Of a DNA stretch of 64,000 nt, positions 36,766 through 49,000 are shown in pieces. The stretch is from Mobula hypostoma (taxonomy: Eukaryota), in NCBI RefSeq assembly GCF_963921235.1, contig NC_086108.1:81654001-81718000 (forward strand). Direction: 5' to 3'. The stretch's first letter is position 1. Each line of letters opens with the position of its first letter. The position numbers and the translations under genes were made by a program. The notes under the pieces were generated by a model. The model saw nothing but the letters and a program-made list of their open reading frames with translations, was not told where the DNA came from and did not search any database.

Positions 36766-38874
36766 TATGTAATGGAAACTTTAAAAAATGCACAATAATC
36801 AACAGACTGGATGTTCTCCAAGCTGAGTAGTCTAGAATCAAGTATCGGAGTCTCAGAGCAAGTGATGTGTCATTTCAGACCTGATAGAGGTGTACAAGAC
36901 GAGGAGATGATTGTGTGGATAGTCAGAGGCTTTTTTTCCCCCCCAGGGCTGCAATGGCTAACACGAGGGGGCATAGTTTTAAGGAACTTGGAAACAGATA
37001 CTAGAGGGCTGTCAGGGGTGTGTTTTTATCAGAGTGGTGGGTGCATGGAATGCACTGCCAGCAAAGGCAGTAGAGGCAGATACAATAGGGTCTTTTAGGA
37101 GACTCTTAGATAGGTACATGGAGCTTACATGGGCTATGAGGTAGGGTAATTCTAGGCAGCGTCTCCAGTAGGTTACATGGTCGGCACAACATTGTGGGCT
37201 GAAGGGCCTGTAATGTGCTGTAGATTTTCTATGTTTTTATGAGGAAATATTAATTTACCAATGGTGGTGAATATTTGGAATTCTTCACCACAGAGCTGCA
37301 GGGGCTAAGTCACTAGAGTTCATCCAAAACAGAGTGCGATAGACTTTGGAACATTAAAGAATATTGGATATAGGGATAGTGCCGGAAAAACATGACATCG
37401 AGGTAAAAGACCAGTCATGATCTTCGTCGATAACAATAGTCAGTCATAGGCGCACCCCATGCATTTTTAACAGCCAAAATATCAAGACTAGTAACGAAAA
37501 TAAAAATCCCCGCACCAACATATTTTTCTAGCTAAAGCAACATTTCAGGAGTGATGAGGGTTCTAAATGCTTCGGCAAACATTTGCTGAGTGTTTGAGTT
37601 AGGAAGTGAATGGGTTGCTGTCAGACCTGATAAAGAAGTGAACTTACATGAATTCCTCCGCTGTGAATTTCTTGGGATATTAAGACAAAATAGTTTTGTT
37701 TTTGCTTTGATGCTAAGTAATAGGTATTGCACAGATCAGCTACTCACAAAAATATCAAGCAATTCTTTGAAATCATACGTTTGGAAATGTATTTTTAAAC
37801 CTACGTAGCCAATTGTCCACGGAAAGCACTAAAACCAGTGTTCTGCTAATGACTAAAGTCTTACTACCCTTTAGATCTGCCCTTCGACAAACACGGACGG
37901 AAAGCCTACTGCCTAGAAACAAAGCATGAAAACTCCAGTAAATCCGAACGGACAAAGACGAGGCTGACCGATTTGATCAACGGGGAGGGCGAACGCAGTT
38001 TTTTTTTAAATAAAAGAAAGCGATTGCTCACAACATGAAACAATCGAGACAAAAGAAAAATACAGGATGCTGGAAATCCGGAGCAACACACAAAATTCTG
38101 GAGGAACTCGGTGGATCAGGCAGCGTCTGCAACAGACTAATGAAAGGTCTCGACTCGAAACACCGACTGACCATTTCCCTCCGTGGAAACTTCATCGTTC
38201 TCCGTGTTCCTCGGGCATTTTGTGCGCTGCTTCATCGCCGTTCCCAAACGCACGAGTAGAAGTGGCAGCAGATGCAAGACGGCAAAATTGAAACGCTGTT
38301 CCTGTTGGGTAAAGATACTTCACAGAAACGCTTTGCAAAATTTTCTTGTACTTCTGTAAAGAAGTTTAGAGACTTCGAACGGATTCTTTGAAACATTCCA
38401 TCATACGCATTCTGAACAGGTTTAGCATTACATTGCTTCATAGTTATGCGGTTTCGAGGTGACCACCCCTCCCAAAAAAAAGTCACAGCAGCTTTCTTTC
38501 GTAATCAACAATTGCTAATAGCATTGGTCAATCAAAGCCTTTCACCCTGTCGTTGAGATTCGCTCCACTCGATCGCGCAGGGCGCTCGACAAATTCTTCA
38601 GCAATCGTTCCCCGTCAAGGACAGGATCAAATCCCTCTGGACGCTAAGGGATTCCAAAAATGTTTTTGATTTAACGCAATATACACGATGCCAATACTTA
38701 GCATTAATAAGTAACACCGCTAAATACACGTTTCTGCCTTTAATGGATTAACGTGTCCAGAGTTGGACTTTCTCGATTACTAGGTATTCCTTCGAGCTGT
38801 CGATACCACATTCTGCGGATAGAAATTCTAATCCGATTCGTTATCAATACTTTCCCAACTAAATTCAAACATAC

Positions 38875-39040
38875 CTTGTCCACATCCAATGCAACACGAA
38901 GGCCACCTAACAACGCCTTAACCGTGAAAGGCGGCCGTACTAAAATAAACCGATTGCAAATGAAGCTTTACAAAATAGCTTGAGCCCCGCCCACAAGATC
39001 CGATTGGTTACGCTCCTGGAACATTTGATCTGTACGTCAA
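38875..39040 (-). promoter_or_regulatory. Putative SELENOP2 non-coding exon 1 and promoter
   Basis: AAG|GTATGT donor at 38875/38874. Upstream GC box (ccccgccc ~38985), CCAAT on the minus strand (~39003) and CRE-like acgtca (~39034). Locally CpG-rich. Confidence 0.5.
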
Positions 39041-42000
39041 CCCAGCAATTCAAAAATTTCTGCATTGTTAAAATTTAAAGCATTTTTTAAAAACTTAAGC
39101 GCTAGGACCTTATTTATATATAAGAAAGAAACTCTTACAAACTTTATTTTGTCAATATAGTTTAGGTTCTCCGATGTTGGTAAGATAAAATGTCCAGTTT
39201 TTAAAAATGTGTACAGTATAATGTCGGCTTTTTTAAAAGTGTAAAATGATACACAACTTTTAGGAAGTCATAGAAATATAGAAAACCTAGAGCACAATAC
39301 AGGCCTTTCAGCCCACAAAGCTGTGCCGAACACGTCCTTACCTGAGAAATTACCTAGGGTTACCCATAGCTCTCTATTTTTTTGAGCTCCATATACCTGT
39401 CCAGGAGTCTCTTAAAGGACCCTATCGTGCCCGTCTCCATCACCTTCGCCGGCAGCCTATTCCACGCACTCACTACTCTCTGCGTAAAAAACTTACCCCT
39501 GATATCTCCTCTGCACCTACTAAGTCACCCACTGAAAATATATTAAACAACCAAAATGATCAGAGGCGGAATCAAAACTTAATTTAAGAACTTCTGAACA
39601 TGCACCTCAGTGTAATGAAGAGAGGAATACGTGACTTTCCAGGAACACGAATAGAAAGACTCCACAAAGTGTTAATGCATTGACCTGGAAGGAGATGGCG
39701 AGGATCGTGACCCAAATTGCATAGGGCTGAGGAACGTAAAAAAAAAGACAACCAAATCTCGGTTTAATTGCGACGTCGAGCTGTTTTGCTGCTTATCGAA
39801 TATTGCGAATGCAAGGAGTTCGTGTGGAGGATAGTCACGGTTCAGGTTCAAGTCAAATGGTTGTAAAATGCATCACCCTTGGGGAGAGATCTGTTCCCAA
39901 GGGCAAGTATGTAACCTCTGTGGAGATGTAAAGTACTGTATTTGTCTTGCACTGATCGTGACTGGTGAGGTGGAGACCACGTGAATCCACTCCTTTTTCT
40001 GGGCGGGAGAAGGAAAGAAAGGATGTGTGCGAAATGGAACAGGTGGCATTAGGCGACCCGTCACTATGGTCGTGGGCAAACTGAGTTAGGGGAAAAGGCG
40101 GAAACCAGCGGATATCATCAGAACATATACGACATAACGAGAAAAACTGGCTTTACACAGGAAACCGGATGGAAGAATTTGTGTTTAAGACTGCTGCGGT
40201 CATCAATGCGCTTGTATGGAAATTAAACACGGACATGCGCTGATAGAGAAACAGAAGTCACTCAAAGGGGGGCGATGGAATCAGATGTGAATCTGAGATG
40301 AAGATCGTACAATAGGCAAAAAACAGCAGACAGCAAAGAAGCAATCCTACTCACTATATATCTTTTTAAATGTCTCATTTCCTTATTATCCAACAACCAG
40401 GAGAATTCATTCACCTACTGAATGTCCTCTAAAAACAGACCAAAAAGGAGGGGCGGAGAAGGAAAATTTCTGGGGGGAGGCATGAGGGATGTATGACCTG
40501 TACTAACATGACAGGTTGCAGCTGAACCCGAGGGAGACCAATATTCTCGCTGGAAGTTTTGGTAGAGCTGTTGGGGGGGGGGGGACCGAACTGAAGGGAC
40601 TCCAATAGGAGGATGGTAAAAAGAGCAAAGATAGCGTGCAGACTGTCAGGAAGGGCAGGCAGATGGAAGGACAAAATCGCAGCCAGCAGGGTGAATATCA
40701 GTGCCTGAGGAATGCAGAATCAAAAAGGGTAGCAAATACAGTACTCAAGGTGTTATATCTCAATGAATAGGGTATAAGAAATAAGGTGGATGATCTTGCT
40801 GCATTTTACAGATTCTCAGGAATGATGTTGTGGCCATCACTGAATTGTGGCTGAAGGATGGTTGTAGTTGGAAGCTGAATGTCCAAGGTTATACGTTGTA
40901 TCACAGCGACCACAGATTACAAGGGGAAATAAAAAAGGCATGTCAACAGAGCAATGTTATGGTAGTATGGGAGATTTTAACATGCAGGTTGATGGGGAAA
41001 ATCAGGTTGGTAATGGATCTCAAGAAAGTGAGTTCGTTGTACGGCTAAGAGATATCTTTTTAGAGCAGTTTGGCATCGAGCCTACTGGGGGATCAGCTAC
41101 ACTGGATTGGGTGTTATATAATGAACCAGAGACAATTAGGGAGCTTAAGGTAAAAGAAACCTTAGGCACCAGTCATCACAACATAATCATGTTCAACTTA
41201 AGATTTGATAGGGAGAAATTAAGGTCTGACGTAGCAGTATTTCAGTGGAGTAAAGGAAATTACAGAGAGAGAAGTTGGCCAAAGTAAATTGGAAGGAGCT
41301 GCTGGCAGGGATGACAGCAGCAGAGAAGCAACGGTGTGAGTTTCTGGGAAAATGAGGAAGCTGCAGGATAGATGTATGCCAAAAATAAAGAAATATTCAA
41401 GTGGAAAAATAGTACAGCCACGGCTGACAAGGAAAGTCAAAGTTAATTTAAAAGCAAAAGAGAGGGCATACAACAAAGCAAAAATTAGTGGGAAGATGGA
41501 GGATTTGGAAATTTTTAAAAACCTACAGAGAGAAATTAAAAGAACCATTAGAAGGAGAAAGATGAAATATGAAAGCAAGTTAGCAAACAATATCAATGTG
41601 GATATAAAAGCTTTTTCAAGAATGTGAAAAAAAAAGATGTGAGTGGATATAGGACCACTAGAAAATTAGGTAGGAGAAATAACAACAAGGGGACAAGAAG
41701 ATGGCAGATGAGCTAAGCGAATATTTTGCATCAATCTTCACTGTGGAAGACACTAGCAGTGTGCCAGGCGTTGAAGGCGGTGAAGGAAGGGAAGTGACTG
41801 CAGTTACCACTACAAGGGAGAAGGTGTTGAAAAAGCTGAAAGACCTAAAAGTACATAAATCACCGAGACCAGATGAACTGCACCCTAGGGTTCTGAAAGA
41901 GGTAGCGGTAGAGATTGTGGAGGCATTCATAATAATCTTTTAAAAATCAATGGACTCTGACATGGTGCCAGAAGACTGGAAAATTGCAACTGTCACTCCA

Positions 42001-42515
42001 CTCTTTAAGAAAGAAGGAAGGCAGCAGGGAGGAAATTATAGACCAGTTAGACTGACCTCAGTGTTTGGGAAGATGTTGGAGTCAATTGTGAAGGATAAGG
42101 TGATGGAGTACTTGATGTCACAGGACAGGGTAGGACAAAGTCAGAATGGTTTCCTTAAGGGAAAATCTTGCCTGACAAACCTGTTGGAATTCTTTGAGGA
42201 GATTACAAGTAGGATTGATAAAGGGGTTGCTGTGGATGTTGTATATTTGGACTTCCAGAAGGCCTTTGACAAGGTGTCATGCATGAGGCTGCTTACCAAG
42301 TTAAGAGCCCATCGTATTACTGTACAGGAAAGTTACTGGCATGGTTAGAGCTTTGGCTGATTGGTAGGAGGAATAAAAGGATCCTTTTCTGGTTGGCTGC
42401 CTGTGACTAGTGGTGTTCTGTAGGGTTCAGTGTTGGGACCGCTTCTTTTTAAGTAACACACATCAAAGTTGCTGGTGAACGCAGCAGGCCAGGCAGCATC
42501 TGTAGGAAGAGGTAC

Positions 42516-42551
42516 AGTCGACGTTTCAGGCCGAGACCCTTCGTCAGGACT
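42516..42551 (-). ncRNA. Minimal type I hammerhead ribozyme motif (Penelope-associated)
   Basis: AGTC-CTGACGA-AGGGTCTCGGCCT-GAAA-CGTC^GACT: complete core, stem I AGUC/GACU, palindromic ACGU in place of stem III. Confidence 0.7.
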
Positions 42552-43218
42552 AACTGAAGGAAGAGTGAGTAAGGGATTTGAAAGTTGGAGGGGGAGGGGG
42601 AGATCCAAAATGATAGGAGAAGACAGGAGGGGGAGGGATGGAGCCAAGAGCTGGACAGGTGATAGGCAAAAGGGGATACGAGAGGATCATGGGACAGGAG
42701 GTCCGGGAAGAAAGACAAGGGGGGTGACCCAGAGGATGGGCAAGAGGTATATTCAGAGGGACAGAGGGAGAAAAAGGAGAGTGACAGAAAGAATGTGTGC
42801 ATAAAAATAAGTAACAGATGGGGTACGAGGGGGAGGTGGAGCCTTAGCGGAAGTTAGAGAAGTCGATGTGCATGCCATCAGGTTGGAGGCTACCCAGACG
42901 GAATATAAGGTGTTATCTTCCGTTAAGGCCCCACCTCCCCCTCGTACCCCATCTGTTACTTATTTTTATGCACACATTCTTTCTCTCACTCTCCTTTTTC
43001 TCCCTCTGTCCCTCTGAATATACCTCTTGCCCATCCTCTGGGTCCCCCCCCCCGTCTTTCTTCCCGGACCTCCTGTCCCATGATCCTCTCGTATCCCCTT
43101 TTGCCTATCACCTGTCCAGCTCTTGGCTCTATCCCTCCCCCTCCTGTCTTCTCCTATCATTTTGGATCTCCCCCTCCCCCTCCAACTTTCAAATCCCTTA
43201 CTCACTCTTCCTTCAGTT

Positions 43219-43254
43219 AGTCCTGACGAAGGGTCTCGGCCTGAAATGTCGACT
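43219..43254 (+). ncRNA. Second hammerhead motif copy (GAAAC changed to GAAAT)
   Basis: agtcctgacgaagggtctcggcctgaaatgtcgact in the opposite arm. Confidence 0.55.
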
Positions 43255-46200
43255 GCACCTCTTCCTACAGATACTGCCTGGCCTGCTGCGTTCACCAGCA
43301 ACTTTGATGTGTGTTGCTTGAATTTCCAGCATCTGCAGAATTCCTGTTGTTTCCGCTTCTTTTTATGCTGTTTATCAATGATTTAGATGATGGAATAGAT
43401 GGCTTTGTTGCCAAGTTTGTAGATGATATGAAGATTGGTAAAGGGCAGGTAGTGTTGAGGAAAGAAGTAAACTGCATAAGGACTTAGACAGATTAAGAGA
43501 ATGGGCAAGAAAGTGGCAAGTGAAATACAATGTTGGAAAAATGCATGGTTATGCACTTTGGTAGAAAAAATAAACATGCAGGTTATTTGCTAAACGGTGA
43601 GAAAACCCAAAAATCTGAGATGCAAAATGTCTTGGGAGTCCTTGTGCAGAACACCCTAAAGGTTAATTTGCAGGATGAGTAGATGGTGAGGAAGGCAAAT
43701 GAAATGTTAGCATTCATTTCAAGAGGACTCGAATATAAGAACAGGGATGTGGTGCTGAGGCTTTATAAGGCAATGGTGAGGACTCACCTTGAGTACTGTG
43801 AACAGGTTTGGACTCCTCATCTAAGAAAAGATGTGCTGGCATTGGAGAGGGTTCAGAGAAGATTCATAGTTATGATTCTGGGAATGAAAGGGTTATCACT
43901 TGAGGAATGTTTGATGGCTCTGCGTCTGTACTTATTGAATTTAGAAGGATGGGGATCTCATTGAAACCTTTCAAATGTTGAAAGGCATAGAGTAGATGTG
44001 GAAAGGACGTTTCCCATGGTGGGAGAGTCTAGGACAAGAGGGGGTAGCCTCAGGATAGAGAGGTGTCCATTTAAAACATATGCTGAGAATTTTCTTTAGC
44101 CAGAGGGTGGTGAATTTGTGGATTTTTTTTTACCACAGGCAGTTGTGGAGGCCAGGTTGTTGTGTGTATTAAGGCAGAGCTTGATAGGTTGTTGATTGGA
44201 CATGGCATCAAAGGTTACAGGGAGAGGGCTGGGGAGTGGGGCTGAGGAGGGGAAAAAAGGATCAGCTATGACTTAACGGCAGAGCAGACTTGATGGACCA
44301 AATGGCTTAATTCAGCTCCCATGTCTTATGGAGAAAGAGTGATTTTTTTTTCTATATATGAAGACCAAAGGACTGAATGAATGATGGTATAATTGATCGT
44401 TTTAATTATATTTATAATAATGTTATAAAAATTATTAGTAATGTTACCTCATATGTCACCAATATACATATTAAGCTACATTACTAATTATTTAAATACA
44501 TATATAAAATTTCCAGTTTGTAAATAATAATGGTCTGTAAGAGATTTTTGTCTAGAAGGGGATGCAGGACACATAATTGCTAAGAATACCTTTAAGAAAC
44601 AGAATTGGTGCCATTTTGATTATTGTTGAACCCGACAGATTTGTTAATGACAGTTAAATAATATTTTTCTGATAGCTGTAGCTTTTTGATTTACCTTAGT
44701 AAATGACACACTAAAAGAGCCTAGAGTTTCTGTAGTCAAGCATTTGCAGTGTAACCCTCTTGGTGGTAAAAAAAACTATTTTTAAACTAATTATAAAATA
44801 TTAACCATCGTAATCTTTGGATGGAATGATACAGAAGCCACAAAGTATTATTTACTTGTCAGTTTTTTTTCCCTGCGGCAGTACTCTAAATAAAGATTCT
44901 GATAAAACGAAGTATTTCCTGAATGGTATTTGAACAATTCCTGTTCAGATACCATTCAGCAGATTAACAGCATTCATTGGCACATATTAACCGCAATTCA
45001 TTGGCACATATTAACCGCGATTCATTTTGTGTGCAAACAGATAAAATTTCTTAGCTAATCAGCTACTTTTTTTAATACAAGGGAACTTCTATTAGACCTT
45101 TCAACTTTGACTGCAATGTAAGCACATTACTGAGAAGCCCTCAGCAAGAAATCTGAGGAATACCAACCTGAATTACAGATTTGCAGATTGGGTGTTTATG
45201 GTTGTTATACAACTGAGCAGAAGAACAGGAGTTAAAACAAAATCCAAACGGTGACCCAGCAAACCCCATTCCTCCACTGTTCGAACAATGATTACTTAGA
45301 AAATCAATACCCATCTATTGTAAAGATCATTTGTTTAAATTTATATTTTTTGGTGATTGAATTGTCACAGAACAGCTCGTTTTCTATTTTGCTTAACTGG
45401 TGTAAAGGTTAGTAATTCACCTTCTTTAGTGAAGAGCTTACCAGTGTTGTAACTAAGCAGCATTGCTTACAATAATAATGAATCAATATATTTAAAATAT
45501 TTAAAGCACTTAAAGTATTTCTTATGAATTTAAATTTTATTTATTGCGATACAGTGTGGAACAGGCCCTTCTGGTCCTTTGAACTGTGCCTCGCAGCGAT
45601 CCCCTGACTTAATCAACACACACAAAATGCCGGAAGAACCGGCAGCCAGGCAGCATCTATGGATAAAGTAAACAGTCGACATTTTGGGCCGAGTCCCTTC
45701 ATCATCTTAGCCTAATCACAGGACAATTACAGTAACTAATTAACCATCCAACCAGTACATCCTTAAACTGTGGGAGGGAAGCAGAGCACCTGGTGGAAGC
45801 CTACACGGTCATGGGAAGAAGGTACAAGCTCCTTACAGGCAGTGGTGGGAATTGAACTTGGGTCACTGGTACAGAAGACTGAATAATTTTTCTCTTTCTT
45901 GTTGGTCATTAAATGCATTTGCTAGGATGAGATATTGCAAAGGAGTTATAAGAAGCACAAATCTGTAAAGCTTAAAGGGAAAGATACTCCTGACATTCAA
46001 GAATGAAACACCTTAAATGTTAAGGACTCCTTTCTTCTTGAATTCGTACATCATCCATCATTAGATATTCTATTTCCAATGAGTGAGCCAACTCCACTTC
46101 CTCTCAGATTCCTACCATCAAAGAAGTCAGCTGTCAGTCAGTTTGCTTCATTGCAGACAACAAGAGCTTATGGACCAAACAACATCTTGTCATTGTATGC

Positions 46201-46493
46201 AGACTTGTGTTCCAGCCACACTAGTCGTTACTGGAAAATGTAAAAAAAAATGCCCTAGATACTCTACTCTCAAAAAGGACAAAACAAAGCTGGCTAATTA
46301 TTTACCATCTAGTTAGCTAGATTATTGCCAAGAGCAATGGAAGGTGTCACAGACAGTGCTCTCATGAAAAGGTTGAAAGCACATTGGATCCAATGATCGG
46401 AGGCAGAGGACAGCGATGGAAGGTTGCTTTTTTGATTGGGTCTGAAACCAATGCTGCTCTACAGGGATTGGTGATGAGATCTTTGTTGTTTGC

Positions 46494-47670
46494 CCATAAG
46501 ACATAGGAGCAGAATTTGGCCATTTGGCCCATAGAGTCTATTCCACCATTCAATCATGGCTGATTTATTATCCCTCTCAACCCCACTTCCTGCCTTCTCC
46601 ACACAAACTTTGATGCTCTTACTAACCAAGAACCCATCAACCTCTGTTTTAAATATATTCAATGACTTGGCCTCCACAGTCCTCAGTGGCAATGAATTCC
46701 ACAAATTTACACTCCTCTGGTTAAAATAATTTCTATTCTAAAGCAACATCCTTGTATTCTGAGGTTGTGCTCTCTGGTCCTAGGCTCCCTCAATATTGAA
46801 AACATCCTCTCCATGTCCACTCTATCTAGGCAAGGGGTTCCCAACCTTTTTTATGCGATGGAGCTTTACCATAAACCAAGGGATTTGTGGGCCCCAGTTT
46901 GGGAACCCCTGACCTAGACCTTTCAATATTCGATAGATTGCAGTGAGACCCCCCTCATTCTTTTAAATTCCGGTATGTACAGGCCAAGAGCCATCAAATA
47001 CTCCTCATATGTTAACCCTTTTATTCCCTGGAACGAAGCAGTCCAAACACCAACCCCTATGGAACACCACTAGTCACTGGCAACCAAGAAAAGGTCCCCT
47101 TTATTACCACTCTATGCCTCCTGCCAGTCAGCCAATCTGCTAGTATCTTTCATGTAGTACATGAGCTCTTACAATGTTTAGCAGCCTCATGTGCATCACC
47201 TTGTCCAAGGTCTTCTGAGAATCTAAGTAAACAACATCCACTGACTATCCTTTGTCTATCCTGCCTGTTATTTCCTCAAGGAAATCCAACAGGTTTGCCA
47301 GGCAAAATGTCCCTTAAGGATGTCATATTGACTTTTGGCTATTTTATCATATGCCTCCAAGTACCACAAAACTTCATCCTTAATAATGCCAACTGCTGAA
47401 GTCAGGCTAACTGGCCAATAATATTCTGGTTTTTTACCTCCCTCCCTTCTTACAGAGTGGAGTGACAGTTGTAGTTTTCCTGTCCTCCAGAACCATTCCA
47501 GAATCTGATAATTCTTGAAAGGTCAGTTTCATTGCCATCACTTTATGTACTTCTTTCAGAAACCTGAGGTGTAGTGCATCTGGTCCGGGTGACTTATCTA
47601 CCTTAAGACCCTTCAGCTTGTAAGCACCTTCTCCTCAGTAATAATGACTGCATTCACTTCTGCCCTCTGA
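46494..47670 (-). mobile_element. CR1 LINE fragment with internal deletions
   Basis: Begins with the ccataagacatagg tail, followed by RT-region remnants homologous to the other CR1 copies. Confidence 0.75.
46832..46911. mobile_element. 80-bp hAT-Charlie-type MITE
   Basis: TIR (C/A)AGGGGTTCCCAA...TTGGGAACCCCTG. Imperfect 8-bp TSD atctaggc/acctagac resembling the NTCTAGAN target. Confidence 0.75.
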
Positions 47671-48289
47671 TACTCTTTTAAACCCCCCTTTCTAGTCAAC
47701 ATCTTGGTGAATCTCTTCATTATTATGGTTGTTAGGGATGGACTTTAACTTTGGCTTTGCAAACAACTGTCACATCCTGTAAAATGAAAATTAAAGTTAT
47801 ATCAGAGTGATCTAGCGGCTTAATTTTACGACATCTTCTTCAAATATGGGAATCTAAAGTAGAACTTCGGAATGGTGGCTATTTTATTTATTTTTATTAT
47901 CACATTTACATTCCATGATTTTCTGTTAGTTCTTCAACATTATCTGGTAAATAACCAAGGCATATAAAGCAGTTACTCTAGTAACACTAACAGCATTCAA
48001 AATATCTCCCTTCAAAAGGCAACTATAAATATAAAAGCTGAATAGACTCAACTATAGTAGAATGGCCTCCTCTTAAGGTAACAATTCTACAAGCTAACAA
48101 AATTGAAGTAAATGTATAAAACGTTACCGAACTCTGTTCCATAACTACTGCGCATCACATCTGTCCAGGAAGATTTCCAGCATTTAGAACCACTCAACTA
48201 CACGCCAAATACCGTAATTCTGAAATGAAAAGAGAAAATACCGTAACAATGATCAGATCTGCCGACATTTGTGCTTTGAAACACAAAAT

Positions 48290-48500
48290 TAACTTTAAGA
48301 TGGAAAACCTTTCATCATTCCTTTACAAAGATGGCGCAGTAATGGTCCTGTAGAAAGATGGCGCTCAGAGCAGCTCCTTTACAAAGATGGTGACCCCAGG
48401 CCAGGCGATAGGCAGTATGTCATTTCCGATTAACTGGGAGCGGCTTCGCCTAGTGAAGTAGGAACCGGAAGCTGCTTTTGTCAACATGGCGCCGTGTATT
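48290..48500 (+). promoter_or_regulatory. USP24 promoter with YY1-type (AAxATGGCG) and ETS (CCGGAAG) motifs
   Basis: aagatggcg at ~48328 and ~48355, aagatggtg ~48384, aacatggcg ~48483, ccggaag at 48465. CpG-rich. Confidence 0.65.
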
Positions 48501-48682
48501 TCGGGTTCTGTATAACTGTTTTAGTTATTCCGAAATAACAACACGTTTAAGCCATTCTTCGTTCGCGCTACACTTAGGTGGGAATCGGACGCCTGGTGAG
48601 TCGTCACCCTGAGGCAGAGAACCTGTATTGGTGCAGACTCTATGGAAGAATAGGACTGAAGTGACAGACTGTGTCCGCCGGG

Positions 48683-49000
48683 ATGGACGTGGAGGAAGAG
48701 CACATGACGACGCTTCTGTGCATGGGCTTCTCGGAGCCAGCCGCTATCCGCAAGGCGCTCCGTATGGCCAAGAATGATATTAACGAGGCGGTGGCCCTGC
48801 TCACTAACGAGAGCCCTGGCCTGGGCTACGAGCCTATGGAGAGCGGCGACCGCCAGGTGGGCGGCAGTGGCGGAGGAGGGGGTGGTGGTGGAGGGACCGG
48901 TTCCCGAGGTGGTGGTGGAGGAGGAAACGGAGGTGGAGGAGACTACAGTCGGAGTGGGTTTGATCCGCCACCCGCTTACGATGAGGTGGTAGAGGTGGAG
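48683..49000 (+). CDS. USP24: USP24 coding exon 1 (UBA-like N-terminus); gene continues beyond the window
   Basis: MDVEEEHMTTLLCMGFSEPAAIRKALRMAKNDINEAVALLTNE...Gly-rich...GFDPPPAYDEVVEVE|gtaaga. 106 codons. No exon 2 recognised in the remaining 15 kb. Confidence 0.95.

Larger units (their letters stand above)
42452..43352. mobile_element. Penelope-like element insertion with inverted ~400-bp arms and 13-bp TSD
   Basis: Arms ~42455-42853 and ~42918-43315 are near-perfect reverse complements. TSD ccgcttcttttta at 42439-42451 and 43353-43365. Confidence 0.8.
40425..44331 (+). mobile_element. Degenerate CR1 LINE ORF2, interrupted by a Penelope-like insertion
   Basis: AITELWL, GDFN, NYRPVRLTS, YLDFQKAFDKV and HLEYC motifs. 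TCTTATGG tail at ~44324. Confidence 0.88.

Noticed and set aside
42345-43386. Pairs of near-identical ORFs on opposite strands
   Set aside because: Artefact of the inverted Penelope-like repeat, not genes.
44972-45027. 24-bp tandem duplication attcattggcacatattaaccgc(a/g)
   Set aside because: Isolated slippage duplication with no functional context.
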